DNA of 64,000 nucleotides from the human T2T-CHM13v2.0 reference genome, Homo sapiens. This document shows positions 1 through 17,539 of this stretch, piece after piece (the stretch's first letter is position 1; each line of letters opens with the position of its first letter). A program made the position numbers and the translations under genes. Under the pieces are notes generated by a model that did no database searches, was not told the DNA's origin, and saw nothing but the letters and a program-made list of their open reading frames with translations. Location of the stretch: assembly GCF_009914755.1 (NCBI RefSeq), contig NC_060937.1; one strand, 5' to 3'.

Positions 1-1375
1 TTTTGTAGAAACAGGGTTTCACTATGTTGCCCAGGCTGGTCTTGAACTCCAAGGCTCAAGCGATCCAGCCATCTGAGCCTCCCAAAGTATTGGGATTACA
101 GGTGTAAGCCACCATGCCTGACCGTTATGTATATTTTACCACAATTTTTTTTAATTTTTAGTAGAAAAAGATTAAAAACAAATCAATTATGTTTGAAGGC
201 CTGACAGTAAATAAGCACAAAATACAAATTCTAAACCTAGAGAAATATGTTAAAAAAAAAACGAGAAATAAAAACATTTTCAGGGCAGGGCAATGAAAAA
301 ATGTAAAAATTTGCTATAACAGGATGTCTTAGAAGATAGAAAAAAGGAAAAAACAGAAAAAAAACTAAAATTTAAAAACTGAATTAATATTTTTAAAAAA
401 TAAATAAATCATTGGCCATGATTTCAATATAAGTCCTGGGGAAAGGAATGCAGAGCCTCATGCGGCCCTTTCCCTTTCAAGGAAGCCACGTCCAGCCTCC
501 CTCTCCACACCTGTTGTTCCCTTCGCCATCCTCTAGTACAGAAACTTCCCTGAGGCACAAATTAAATATACAGATTTCCAGGCCCTTTCTCTAGAAATTC
601 TGAAACAGCAGGTCAGGTCTGAGATGGCCCCAGGATTGGGGTTTTTGTTAAGCACACAGGTGACATATGGCAGATGCTGGAGCCCCTCAGTCTTGCATAT
701 GCCCTCACCCTCCATCTATTCAGTAAGGAAGTTAAACAGGCATGTCCTACAGCTCACACAACCACACCCTATACTGTACACTTGGAGCTCCCAGCTCCAC
801 AGCTCATAAACATCTGGGCTATTCAACTAGCAGAGAGACTGGGCTCTGGCCACGGCTAAGTGGCTCATACCATAACGGCCCACTCCTCTGCCTCAGAACT
901 GTACAACACTAGAAGGCAGATGTCTCCAGACACCAAGCATTGCCTTGGCTCTGAGCTAGGACACCACTTTCCGACTGTGGCAGTGAGCTGAAGTCCAAAC
1001 ACATCACAGCAGCCCTGCTGAGCAAAGGGGTGGAGGCCAGAGCTTGGGTTAGTTAAAGCCACTGGCATCTGCATGGCCCTGGACAGTAAGCAGGTATCAG
1101 AAGGGAAGGGCCCCAGAAGGCTATGGGGTGGGGGTGCTACAAGTCCTTGGCTGATGCGCGGGCACAGGTCAAGGCCGCCCAAGCCTTAACAGAGAGCTGG
1201 TGCTGAGGAGGAGTGAGCTGAATAGAGATACTGAAGGTCAAGCTGAGGTGAGGTACTGAAATTCTCACCAGACCAGAGTGCAGAAACCTCATTCACATAT
1301 CATTAACACACCTGGCATACGGTTGAAACACCAGAGAGATCATGTCTTAGAATTCAAGAGCACTATCCAGAGAAA

Positions 1376-1586
1376 TAATTCTCAAACAGGGCAATTTTGC
1401 CTCCCAGGAGAGATGTGGCAACGACTGGAGGCACTACTGGTTGTTACAACTAGAGGGACGCTTTCGGTATCTAGTGGGCAGAGGCCACAGATGCTGTTCA
1501 ACATCTTACAATGCACGGAGCAGCCTCTCCATCCCCAAAAAGAAATTATTTAGCCCTAAATGTCAAGTGCTACCCAGGTTGAGCAC
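1376..1586 (+). mobile_element. MER20 (hAT-Charlie) MITE
   Basis: ttctcaaacagggcaattttgcctcccaggagagatgtggcaa...tggttgttacaac...aaatgtcaagtg. Confidence 0.7.
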
Positions 1587-1699
1587 TAAAAAAGAGTTAA
1601 CTCTAAACTTGCCCAAGAAAAAACAAGCACTACCTAACAGGGCCTGCAAATGACACATGTTTTGAATCTTGAGTCCCATCAAGTTAGAGAAGCTTGGAA

Positions 1700-5100
<3,401 letters not shown>

Positions 5101-6247
5101 AAACTGGCCCTGGGAAGCGAATGTGCTTCTCTTAAGATTTTACAGCTTAAAAAATGACAACACTGAGATGTGAACTCAGGTCTGACTGCTCTGAGTCCAT
5201 GATTGCTCTCAGAGTCCACACTCAATCTCTACCCTTGCCAATCTGCCGCTAGAGGACTTCATGGAGTCTTCTACAAAGTGCCTGGACACCTGACTCAACA
5301 CCCGGGCTCTCCTGCATATGAGATTCCCAGACCAGATGGTAGGACACTCGGGCTGATGAACAGCTACCATGCTTGAGGTTTATACCTACAAGTCCGAAGG
5401 AGTTATTCACCAATGAGGGGGATTAAACCCGCAACCCATATGCTATCTCTGTGAACTGGAAGGTCTTAGTTATAAAGCATAAAATTAAGCTGAACACATA
5501 TTTGAGGCCTATTAGTATCACATAAGAGCTTTTAAAATTTCCCTAAAGCAATTAAATCAGAATGTTTAGGGGAAGAGTCCAGACACCAGTGGTATTTTAA
5601 AGATTTCCCCTCATGAATACAACAGAGAGCAGTTTGAGGAACCACTGAGCTAAAGCATTTTCTTCCAGTTTGCACCCACACCCCAGTGAAGCAAATACAA
5701 TTATCAGATGATGGGACACATCTGACACTCCTAAATCTCCAGCAGCAGCAATTTCCTCTTGGAAAAATCCAAACAAAACAAGTCCTCCCTCCTTAACTTG
5801 CTTTCTTAGCTCAAACTCCAAGCTATGGAAAGTTAACTTGGCTCCTCTTAAGCTATTCCCTAGCAAACTAGAAGACTGACAAATTGTCCCTTGATGAGAT
5901 TAATGTCTCACAAAATGCCCAGGTACAATTCAAGTTCACATCAGAAGTAAAACCAAAAACTGTGGGGGAGAAAAGTTTTTGAAACAAAAATTTTAACGTA
6001 TTATGGACAATGTAAGAAGCACTACTGGGTCATTCTAATTTTGTCAGAAACTTAGAAAATAACATTAGAAGAGGAAGTCCAACCAAAGTATCACATGTGT
6101 CCAGGGAGATAACTTCCACACACACCACACAGTTTCACTTTGACAACATTGTCAAGAGGCTCTCTACGAATCTTCAGAAAGGAAACCGATCTACAGACTA
6201 ATAGACAAAAGATTAGTTTGAGCCATATGAAATTGCTAGTTTTGTAA

Positions 6248-6571
<324 letters not shown>

Positions 6572-7055
6572 CTGAATATCTGTAATTTCATACTATTCAG
6601 TCTAAATATAAAGCAATATACAGTCTACAGTGAAATAAAAATAGCTTTAAATAAAAACAAAAGTTCTGTTTTAAAACTAAGACCACAACACTGTATGGCT
6701 CAGTTGCTGACAAAATTTGCTATCAATTGTCTGTCCACATCCACTGAGAAAACCCAGAGGGAGACGGGGTGGGAAGACTGGGATGCAGCCGGAGAGCTAC
6801 AGGTGGCTGCAATCTTCTCACCATCAGCGCATGACGGTGCATTTATTTTTTTTACTTCAGGTTCTACTTATTGCATAGGGCGGCAGACATGACTTGGGAA
6901 GGGTGCACAAGCCCAGCCTCTCTGTGCATTATGGGAGGGCACCTTCCACTTCCTACTCAGTCTGTGGTAGAGGAGGCTGTCTGCTGCTCTGACCACTGAC
7001 CTAAAAATATACCTGCCCTGCAGCAATGCCAAGAAAAGAGAAGGAAAAGATCAAG

Positions 7056-7479
<424 letters not shown>

Positions 7480-8919
7480 TCAAGAGGAGAGGGTTCTCAA
7501 ATGAAAAGATTAAAAGAAACAGGAATTCTTCCCCCAGAAAGATGAAGAGTACCTGATAATATGAACTCTGGATGGAGTATCCAAGAGAATATATACATGT
7601 ATTCCTGGAGTATCCATATTCCCTGCATACAGGGAATAGGCATTTCCCCCCAAGTTACAGAATTCTAAAAAGAGAACCATACAGTATCACATAAATGGTT
7701 AAACAATACACTTAGGGTAACTACAAATATTTCTCAACACAGAAATCTATAGAGAGCACCCCTCTGAGATACACTACATACATATATTCCATATATTCTT
7801 CTAGGGCAGATCTGTAATAAATGATAAAGGAAAACTAGAAAGTCTGCAGGGACTCAACACACCTTAGAAGGTGGAAGATGAAGGACAGACAGATACTTTA
7901 CCTCAAACTATCCTTCAGAGTAACTCTAAAGAAAGTGAAGACGAGCAGTTTTATCCAGAATAAAAAGTTTCCCCAAACTTTCTCAATTCTGCAAAAAAGT
8001 CTGCAAACAGCAGAGAGGAGCACCAGCAAGCAGGCTCAGGTACTGCTATAGCTTTACCTGGCATTCAGGACAAGCCAACCCAACATCAAAATCCACAACT
8101 CAGAAGCCAACCCACTGCAGGAACCACCACGGTTCTTCAAATTAGATACAAAGTCAAGAAATCTTGAGCTAATTAGGCCACAGATCTTAAGGAAAAGTCT
8201 CTATGCCTAATGTATTTGATAATACAAAAGCTGGGATGACAAGCCCATCCTGATTAATGAAACTGTCCTCCATTCCATCGTAGGTCTAGCATTCAGATGT
8301 TTAGCATTCAGGCTCAGATCTATCCTGGCCCTAAGTCAAGGTAGGCAAGGGCAAATGGGAGATCCAGTCTCACTGGTGGCTGGGGCTGAAGATCTTCAGC
8401 TATCCTTAATCCAGGCTCAGTTTGACTAAAGGGACCCTCTTCCTCCAACATGGAGCCAACTCCCCAACTCATGTGCTCTAAGCTATAGAAGTAACCCCTT
8501 GAGACTTGAAGATGGACACATCCCCTGCTTCTGTGTCCCAGATAGCTAAAAAGTAAAAACAGGAGATAAGGCACTGTCCCCACTGCAGAGGTTATACGAA
8601 CCCATGCTGGGAATATGACTTGTGACTGACGACATTCTAACATGAGCAAGTACAATGTTCAGCACACTATTGCCATGAGGAGCCCATATTCTTAATGCCA
8701 ATCTGTTGACCTCACTTAAAATACAGCCTGTGCTGCACAGTCTTTTTATTTGGTAAAAGTTGTAAGAAATAACACAGAGTTCCGAGGAACCTGAACAAAC
8801 CACCATGAACCATTTCAACAGACCACCCTTGGAGCCATCAATCCAAATTAAAGCTAGTCATGATTCATAAAAACATCTCATTTAGTTCTCAAGTTAAACA
8901 GACAAATTATTAAAGAATA

Positions 8920-9880
8920 AGTGGGAATGTAAAATGGTGTGGCCACTGTGAAAAACAGTATGATGGTTCCTCAAAAAATTAAACAGAATTACCACATAAC
9001 CCAGCAACTCCATCTCTAAATAAATATATACTCAAAAGTATTAAAAGCAAGGACTCGGCCGGGTACAGTGGCTCACGCCTGTAATCCCAGCACTTTGGGA
9101 GGCCAAGGTGAGCAGATCGTGAGGTCAGTAGTTTGAGATCAGTCTGGCCAACATGGTGAAACCCTGTCTCTATTAAAAATACAAAAATTAGCCTGGCGTG
9201 GTGGCAGGTGCCTGTAGTCCCAGCTACTCAGGAGGCTGAGGCAGGAGAATCACTTGAACCCAGGAGGCAGAGGTTGTAGTGAGCTGAGATCATGCCACTG
9301 CACTCCTGACTGGGTGACAGAGCAAGACTCCATCTCAAAAATAAAAATAAATGAAAACTAAATGCAAGGACTCAAAGAGATAATTGTACATTCGTGTTCA
9401 TAGCAGCATTGTTCACAATAGCTAAAAGGCAGAAATAACCCAAATGTCCGGTGGCAGATGAATGGATAAACAAAATGAGGCATATCCAAATAGTGGAATA
9501 TTATTCACTCTTTCAAAGGAATTAAAATCTGGCATACAATACAACACAGATAATCCCTGAAGACCTTATGCTACATGAAGTGAGCCAGACAGAAAATAAC
9601 AAATACTGTATGATTCTACTTCTATGAAATACCTAGAGTCATCAAATTCATAGAGCTGGAAAGCAGAAGGCTGACAACTGTGGAGAGGGGAGAGTGGACA
9701 CCAGTGCCTAATGGGTACAGAGTTTCCACCTGGGAAGATGAACAAATTCTGTCGATGGATGGTGGGGTTGGGAGGCACAATGATGTGAATGTACTTAATG
9801 CAAACGAACTACTACTGTACACTTAAAAAGAGTTAAAATGGTAAATTTTATGTTATGCATATTTTATTACAATAAGAAGA
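8920..9880 (+). mobile_element. L1MA/MB 3' end with an Alu insertion (9057-9350)
   Basis: gtgggaatgtaaaatggtg...tcatagcagcattgttcacaatagc...gatgaatggataaacaaaatg...ctgtacacttaaaa. Confidence 0.8.
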
Positions 9881-10658
9881 AAAATTAATGATGAAAAGCC
9901 TAAAGTAATTTTACCAAAGCTGTGAAAAAGTAAATAAATGACGAGTCATTTTCAGACATCCTGCAAGATCATTCAATACCAAATGTCGACGACGGGCTCG
10001 GCAGTCATTCCATTTGCAACAGCCAACCTGATTTCTGCCAGACCGGGAATCAGGATATGGGGGCCTCAGTGGAAACTGCCAGTGTCGCAGAGGGACCTTT
10101 CAGAGTCCTGCTGCAGAGCCAGCCTCTGCCCCAAGGAAGCAGCCCACGTGTGAGGAGGAAGTGTCTTATTTCTTCACCTGGGCATGTTTCCACATACAAG
10201 GCAGGACATGAGGATATTCGTCTTTCCCACGTTTCTGGGATTTCAGGTTAAGTCTTATGGTTTAACCCAAGCAATTTTTGACTTCATAAAGAGACAATAC
10301 TTCTAAGATAATCAAGCTGACAAATTAATACCTTTGGGAGATGTTTACATGCAGGTAAGCAAGTCTGCCGAGTTAGATCAGATTTCCCAAAGGCTATTTT
10401 CCAAAGCGTTAGTGGAAAAGAGGAAGAAAAACAGGTGAACAGTATCTCACTTGTACAAAGAGCTGTGTTTTACTGAACCACTACCTCAAACCGGACTTCA
10501 TGTAGGGTGTTTTTAAAGTTTGCCAAGTGGAGTGTTAGTGAAAATTTTTATGAATTTATTAGAAGTATGATCTTGAAAGACAAAAATCTAGCTAGTTTAT
10601 AGAAAAACCTGAGTATTCTTCTCCTAAATGGTAGAAGAGAGTACAGGAGAATAACACA

Positions 10659-10731
10659 GATGATGATGATGCTGCTGCTGATGATGATGGTGATGGTGGT
10701 GGTGGTGGTGGTGGTGGTGGTAGTGATGATG
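10659..10731 (+). repeat. Compound trinucleotide repeat (GAT)/(GCT)/(GGT)
   Basis: Directly visible. Confidence 0.9.
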
Positions 10732-10961
10732 AAGACCCCTTGACTAGTGTGTACAAGCCTTGTTATCATTTTCATGTCACACATGAGGAATCCGGGCATA
10801 CCTGTTATACTGTACCATAGACACTAAGACACGAGGCCTCCAGGATTCACAGAATTATAAGATTGATTCCCCCATGTCAAAGGAAGACTTGGGGAGGACA
10901 CCTTACGGACACTCTGGATAAGTGACAACGAGGTCAAAGAAGAATACTTTAAATTTAAATG

Positions 10962-11257
<296 letters not shown>

Positions 11258-11516
11258 TTAAATGGCTTAAAAAAACGGCCCAGGACAAAGAGATATCCAG
11301 GACTGATTTAATGACAAGTTCTTTAGCTCTTGACACTAGCATCTCTATGGCAACTTCTCAGCAAAGCAACCAGAAATCCCACTCCTTCTATAACAGTTAA
11401 GACCACAGCAAACTATGGTATTATTTATGGCATATCTCAATACAAAAGCACAAATAAAATAAGAAAATATCAAATCAGGTCTCATCATTATTACTGCCCT
11501 AATGGGAAAGAAAATA

Positions 11517-12393
11517 CAGTCAGCCTTTCCTGTGCATGGGTTTGGCATCCCTGGACTCAACCAACCTGGGGTTGAAAATATTTGGGGGAAACAAAATAGG
11601 TGATTGTGTCTGTACTGAACACACACAGATTTTTTTCTTGTCACTATTCCCTGAACAGTTATTTGTTTATAGTACCTAATACAATGTATATTTACATTAT
11701 ACAATGTACAATTATATAATGTACAATTTACAATGTGCAATTAAATAATGTACACTTTACAATGTACATTATATAACTGTACACAATGTACATTGTATAT
11801 TGTACATTATATAATGTATATTTACATTGTATTAGGTATTATAAGTAAACCAAGATGATTTAAAGTACATGGGAGTGCACCCATAAAAAAAAAAAAAAAA
11901 TCATGTCCTTTGCAGCCACGTGGATGCAGCTGGAGACCATTATCCTAAGCGAATTAACGCAGGAACAGAAAACCAAATACCAGATGTTCTCACTTATAAG
12001 TGGGAGGTAATCATTGGGTACAGATGGACATAAAGATGAGAACAAAGACACTGAAGACTACTAGAGTTGGGAGAGAGGGAATGCGGCAAGGGCTGAAAAA
12101 CTACCTATCAGGTACCACACTCATGGCCTGGGGGATGGGATCATCCATAACCCAAACCTCAGCATCACACAATACACCCATGGAAAAAACTTGCACCTCT
12201 ACCCCTGAATCTAAAATAAAAGATGAAATTATTTAAAATAAATAAATAAATAAAATGCCATATATGGGAGGGTGTGAATAAGTTATATACAAATACTATG
12301 CCACTTTATATCAAGGACTTAAGCATCCTCCAATTTTTTTGTATCCTCAAGAGGTCCTGTAACCAATCCCCCACGAATACCAAGGGACAACTG
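11517..12393. mobile_element. MER2 (Tigger2-derived) DNA transposon interrupted by an L1P 3' end
   Basis: ta-CAGTCAGCC...catggg...tcaaccaac left end and ccaatcccccacgaataccaagggacaaCTG right end. Confidence 0.75.
11882..12255 (+). mobile_element. L1PA/L1PB 3' UTR fragment with A-rich tail
   Basis: atcatgtcctttgcagcc...tggatgcagctggag...atgttctcacttataagtgggag...aataaa repeats. Confidence 0.85.
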
Positions 12394-13176
12394 TTTAATG
12401 TAAAAACTTACTTTGAATGAAAACCAACATAAAATAGAAACACTATAAGTTCTCTCCAAAATTGTGAAAAACAATCAACAATTCAAAGTGTTATCCCAAA
12501 CATCCAACTATTTTCTTAAATACCATTAAAAACAACCACAACTAGATTTAGAATATAAAGAAAGCCTGTATCCGACGTGGATTCCATTCACATTTTTCTT
12601 CAGTTAAGAAAATTATATGGAATATGACTAAATGGTTCATTTAAAAAATATAAGAATTCCCTTTCTCAAATATATTCTTTTCTCCTAGATTTAATTTCAT
12701 AGATCCAATTTCACTGAAGTTCACTTCTGAATACAACTGTGATGTAAGTGAAGGTTTTAATGAACAACAACAAAAATTTCCATAAATACAACTATGAGAT
12801 TGAGGCAAAGAAACACTGAAAACCAATTTGATATTTTTAATTAGATTTCATTATAAATTTAGTATTCTGCAACAGCCTGTTATCAAAGGCAGCCATGCCC
12901 TGACAGCAGTAGAAAACTTTCATTATACACTGGAAAATTTTGCATAAAGAAAAAAAACATTGGCCTGATGCAAATAGCAAGCTTCTCTAGTAAGGTGTAA
13001 ATGATTCTATTTACAGAAGTTTTCTTCGTTTTTCTTTTTTTAGAGACAGGGTCTTGCTCTGTCACCCAGGCTGGAGTGCAGTGGCTATTTATGCAGTATT
13101 TAATTTACATAAAACTTCCTCAGAATGCTTCTGATGCTTCAGGTGAGGTACATGTTTAATGCTGAATGTCACTTAC

Positions 13177-13401
13177 CTTCCGATAAATCATATGGCACAT
13201 GGCTACTCGTAACCTCATCCCAGCACACTGAACGTGATAAAAATATAAGTGATGCAGTATAGCCAAAATGAGCGTGCAAAAAGTCAGCACCGTGGCATAG
13301 GCGTACGCTGTGTTCAAAGCCACAGAATCCATGGGATCATAATTTTCAAAATAATTAATAATTTTTCCCAAAAATATGGGCTGGATTACTTTGGCACTTT
13401 C
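13177..13401 (-). CDS. ABCC4: ABCC4 coding exon 4 (225 nt, phase 0-0): [75 protein letters not shown]
   Basis: Acceptor ttctttttcttcttttAG|GAAAGT and donor CGGAAG|GTAAGT. Peptide visible in ORF 13156..13371; covers TM1-TM2 of ABCC TMD1. Confidence 0.97.
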
Positions 13402-13454
13402 CTAAAAGAAGAAAAAGAAAAGCCTTTAATTAGACATACAGACCACACCATTTT

Positions 13455-13756
13455 TTCTTTTTACTTTCTCTTTTTTCAGATATTGCTTGCTCTGTCACCC
13501 ATGCTGGAGTATAGTGGCACAATCCCAGCTCACAGCAGCCTCGAACTCCCTAACTCAAGCAATCCTCACACCTCAGCCTCCCAAGTAGCTGGGACTACAA
13601 GTGCACACCATCATGTAGAGCTAAATTTTTTTTTTTTGGTCAAGACAGGGTCTCACTATGTTGCCCAGGCTGGTCCCGAACTCCTAGCCTCAAGTGATCC
13701 TCCCACCTCAGCCTCCCAAAGTGCTAGGATTACAGATGTGAGCCACGGCACCTAGG
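13455..13756 (-). mobile_element. Alu (J-type) immediately upstream of the exon 4 acceptor
   Basis: Antisense Alu consensus with a T-rich tail. Confidence 0.8.
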
Positions 13757-15154
13757 CTCGTTTTTTCTTAACACAAGTTTTATATTTTCAAAGTGCAACA
13801 TTCATCACTCATCTAAAAGAAAAGCAGAACTGTTTTCTTCTTTAAGACAAGCCGATAGGAGTTTTAACCTGAAATCAAAATTCTAATTTCAAAGTCAATA
13901 AAGTTTTAGTACATTGTGCTTGGTACACTGTGGGTGCTCTGTATTACAAACAGGGCTTTAAAGCACACTTGGCAAACTACCAAATTAAGTCTTGGCCTAA
14001 GGTGAATAAGGAAAAAAATGGCCCAAGAGGAGTAAGGAATTTGCTTACAAACAGACACCCCAGCTCTCACCCCACTTCCTCTGTACCCTTGACATCCCAG
14101 CCCACAGGCTCGTCTATGGGAGGCCAGCACTCTTGCCACCTTCTTCACAGTTAAGAGCCTTTGTGAATGGAGATATTGGCACAAACCCAGATCAGAAAAT
14201 CAAACTCTCCAATTTTTCCCAATCCAAACTCCAAGAGTCGGTAGATCTAACACCACCAAGTCCAGCTTCAGTTGGAGTGGGGAAAAGAACCAGACTTGGA
14301 GGATTCCAGGCTCTTGGACCCACAGGACATTGCTTCAGTATGTTTCTGCCCCCTACAAGCCCGGATGTGCCCAGAAGAACTGCCACTTTGGCTCAGGTAG
14401 TGTGGAGTCAAAAATTAAACACAGCAGAAATTGAGCTCAAAGGGAATGTCATCAGTGGCTCTCTTTATCAGCCATATTTTGAAGGTCCTGGTTTTGAAGC
14501 AATATTAATAATCATCTTTTCCCCAAGGCAAAATTAAAATCCCACACCAATGAGCTGGGAAGCATGCGGGCTTACCTTCTGAACAAGACGTAGGGAATGC
14601 AATTTTAACCTCCAAGACTAAAGGCAAAGAAACAGCAGAACGCAGCTTGAGCCACGGTTTGAGGTAAGCAAAGGAGCTTTCCTTTACCCTCCCTGCCAAA
14701 TGAGCACTTCACCCGGCAACCTACTTCCTCCCTCTCGAACCCGTTGTAAGGGACCCTTTTCCCCCAACAAAGAAAACCAAACACTCATTGCAAATCCAGG
14801 TCACCAAAAGTAAACATGTAGGCCCTCGACATCATTTCCTCCTGACTTCTCAAAAGACAAAATGCAAAATGTTTGAAAATCTTTCAAGACCTTAACCTTG
14901 AAAAACAACTTTTCCTTTTAAGCAATCTCTCCTTCTTAACAAAGACATAATAAACACCTGACAGGTTTGCCATTGATAGCTGCTTTCTGTCCATCTGAAG
15001 TGAGAGAAGAACAATCAGTAAAAAACAAAAACAAAATTAACACACACTTTCATCCCAAACAACTAGCACGGGATCAGGATATTTACAGAAGACATTCCCA
15101 TCCCTCAGATGGGTCATGATATTAAATCCCAACACGCCTGTCTCGGCATGTGAA

Positions 15155-15195
15155 CGCGCGCGTGCACACACACACACACACTCTCTCTCACACAC
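15155..15195 (+). repeat. Alternating purine-pyrimidine tract (CG)n(CA)n followed by (CT)n
   Basis: acgcgcgcgtgcacacacacacacacactctctctcacacac. Confidence 0.8.
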
Positions 15196-16472
15196 TTCAC
15201 CAACTGCACTGCCTTCCATGAGGTCATGGAAGTTTTCCCCTATGATACAGAAATCAGAAAATACCATTTAGTTGAAGAATTATGAATAAGATGATCAGAT
15301 ATCAAGAATGCAGAGGCTCACCATTACATTTCCAGCATGGCCAATCATTCAAAAGGCACTAAGAGTTTATGGAAGAGCCCCCAGTACAATGGGTCATAAC
15401 ACGGACTGTTTAGAGTTTACTGAGATGAAAATCTGGACGTTTACATCAAGAAGCAAGACGGCCAAACTGTACACATGGGCAGCCCTGGCTCAGGAGTGCC
15501 AAGGGCAACCAGGGCCGCAGCAGACACACCTGGGCTATCAGCCAGACGCTCAGTGCTCTTTGCCTTTCTAAATGTTCCTGAAACTTCTCACAGTCCCTGG
15601 GAGTCACTGTTACCTGTTACACGCTTCTCCATTTCAGCCGTAGGTGAGTATGATTCAAACGGCAAGAGGGATGACCCCCAGAGGAAATAACAGATGCAAT
15701 AAACCCAGCGAAAGAGAATGCAAAAGGCAGGTAGGTCACGACTACCTAATTGTCCAGATTTCCCTGCCGAGAGACAGCATTTAATAATCCAGTCAAGCAA
15801 ATGGGCTCATTGGTGAGTAATGCTGGTTTTTGGTCCATGCTTTTCCACGGACCTCTCCATCTTAACCTTCAACTAATAAGAAACGAAACAACTGGGAAAA
15901 TACTCATTATCAAAATTACAACTAACCAAATTTAAACTTTCTAAATATCAGTACCAAGGTCAAAAGTAACTCACATAAATTCTCCACCTTAGAGACCAAC
16001 CAATCTATGACCTGGTGAAGAGTCTTTCCACAAACAAGCTAAGAATAGTCCTTACTCCTTCACAAGAATTCTCCTCGACTGTGAAACCATGGAGGTTTTT
16101 GAGAGTCCAGTAGGATACTTGAATGTTCCATACTTCAGGTTCTACTGGAGTCCCAGAGTACTTGAAGGCAGATACTTCTCAATGGAGTATTTGGTACTCA
16201 GCCTCCTGACATTCGAGCCCCATCCCTTGCTTTCTTGGAGTGACACATTACATGTCTAGGCCCAGCGGGCACGCGGCCTCCATGCTCCTGCTCCCCCACG
16301 CACTTCAGATATTCCTTGCCCAACTGCACCATACCAGATTGCATGGGAAGGAAAGAAAACACAGGAAATAGAAACAAGCTACCAAAGAAGATGTTTGAGT
16401 GAAAAATACAAGCAGAAAAGAGTGAGCTGTGGAAAAATGAGTAAGCAGTTTGTTTTAGAAATGGGGAAATAC

Positions 16473-17415
16473 AGCCAGGCGCGGTGGCTCCCACCTGTAA
16501 TCCCAGCACTTTGGGAGGCCGAGGTGGGCAGATCACTTGAGGTCAGGAGGTCAAGACCAGCCTGGCCAACATGGTGAAACCCCATCTCTACTAAAAACAC
16601 AAAAATTAGCTGGGTATGGTGGCTCGCACCTGTAATCCCAGCTACTGGGGAGGCTGAGGCACAAGAATCACTTGAACCCAGGAGGTAAGGCTGCAGTGAG
16701 CCAAGATCGCGCCACTGCACTCCAGCCTGGAGAACAGCACAAGACTCCATCTCAGAAAAAAAAAAAAAAAAAAAAAGAAATGGGGGAACAGGGGACAAAA
16801 CTAGGGTTGAGAAAGATCCAGAGATAAGGAAGAAAAAAGGTGAATCTGGGGAAATAATAACCATTAAGACTCCAGATATACCTGAAGTCCTCTCTGAATC
16901 AGTGCAGTCCTGACTGCATGTTAGAATCACCCAGGAGACTTACACGCTCACTGATGCTCAGGACCCATCCCCCACATTTAGGGCCAATTGATCAGGGTAG
17001 GGCCTGAGTTCCCCATCCCCGGAAGATTCTGGAGTGTAGAAACCAATGCCTGTACACATCACTATTCTCCTCTCCTGCACTCTCTGTGTCTGAGTCTGGA
17101 GGGGCTGGAGACCCGCTGTGAAGAGCTTTTTTGAGATGGAGTTTCACTCTTGTTGCGCAGGCTGGAGTGCAGTGGTGCAATCTCAGCTCACCGCAACCTC
17201 CACCTCCCAGATTCAAGCAATTCTCCTGCCTTGGCCTCCTGAGTAGCTGGGACTACAGGCACATGCCACCACGACCAACTAATTTTTGTATTTTTTTAGT
17301 AGAGACAGGATTTCACCATATTGTCCAGGCTGGTCTCGAACTCCTGACCTCGTGATCTGCCTGCCTTGGCCTCCCAAAGTGCTGGGATTACAGGCGTGAG
17401 CCACTGTGCCTGACC
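16473..17415. mobile_element. Inverted Alu pair (16473-16776 plus; 17126-17415 minus)
   Basis: Alu consensus in opposite orientations. TSD AGAAATGGGG on the first copy. Confidence 0.85.
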
Positions 17416-17539
17416 CTGAAGAACTTTTAAGACCACAAAGGGCTTTTAATCAGAACTGCTGCCAAATGTTAGGCTTCCAAGAAAATCCCTTAGGAAAAAA
17501 GGATGCTGAGATTTCAGTGATGAAACTAAGATCTTCCAT

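Noticed and set aside
10548-10799. Poly-Thr/Ile ORF
   Set aside because: Translation artefact of the trinucleotide microsatellite.
13249-13755. 168-aa plus-strand ORF overlapping exon 4
   Set aside because: Antisense shadow of exon 4 running into an Alu.
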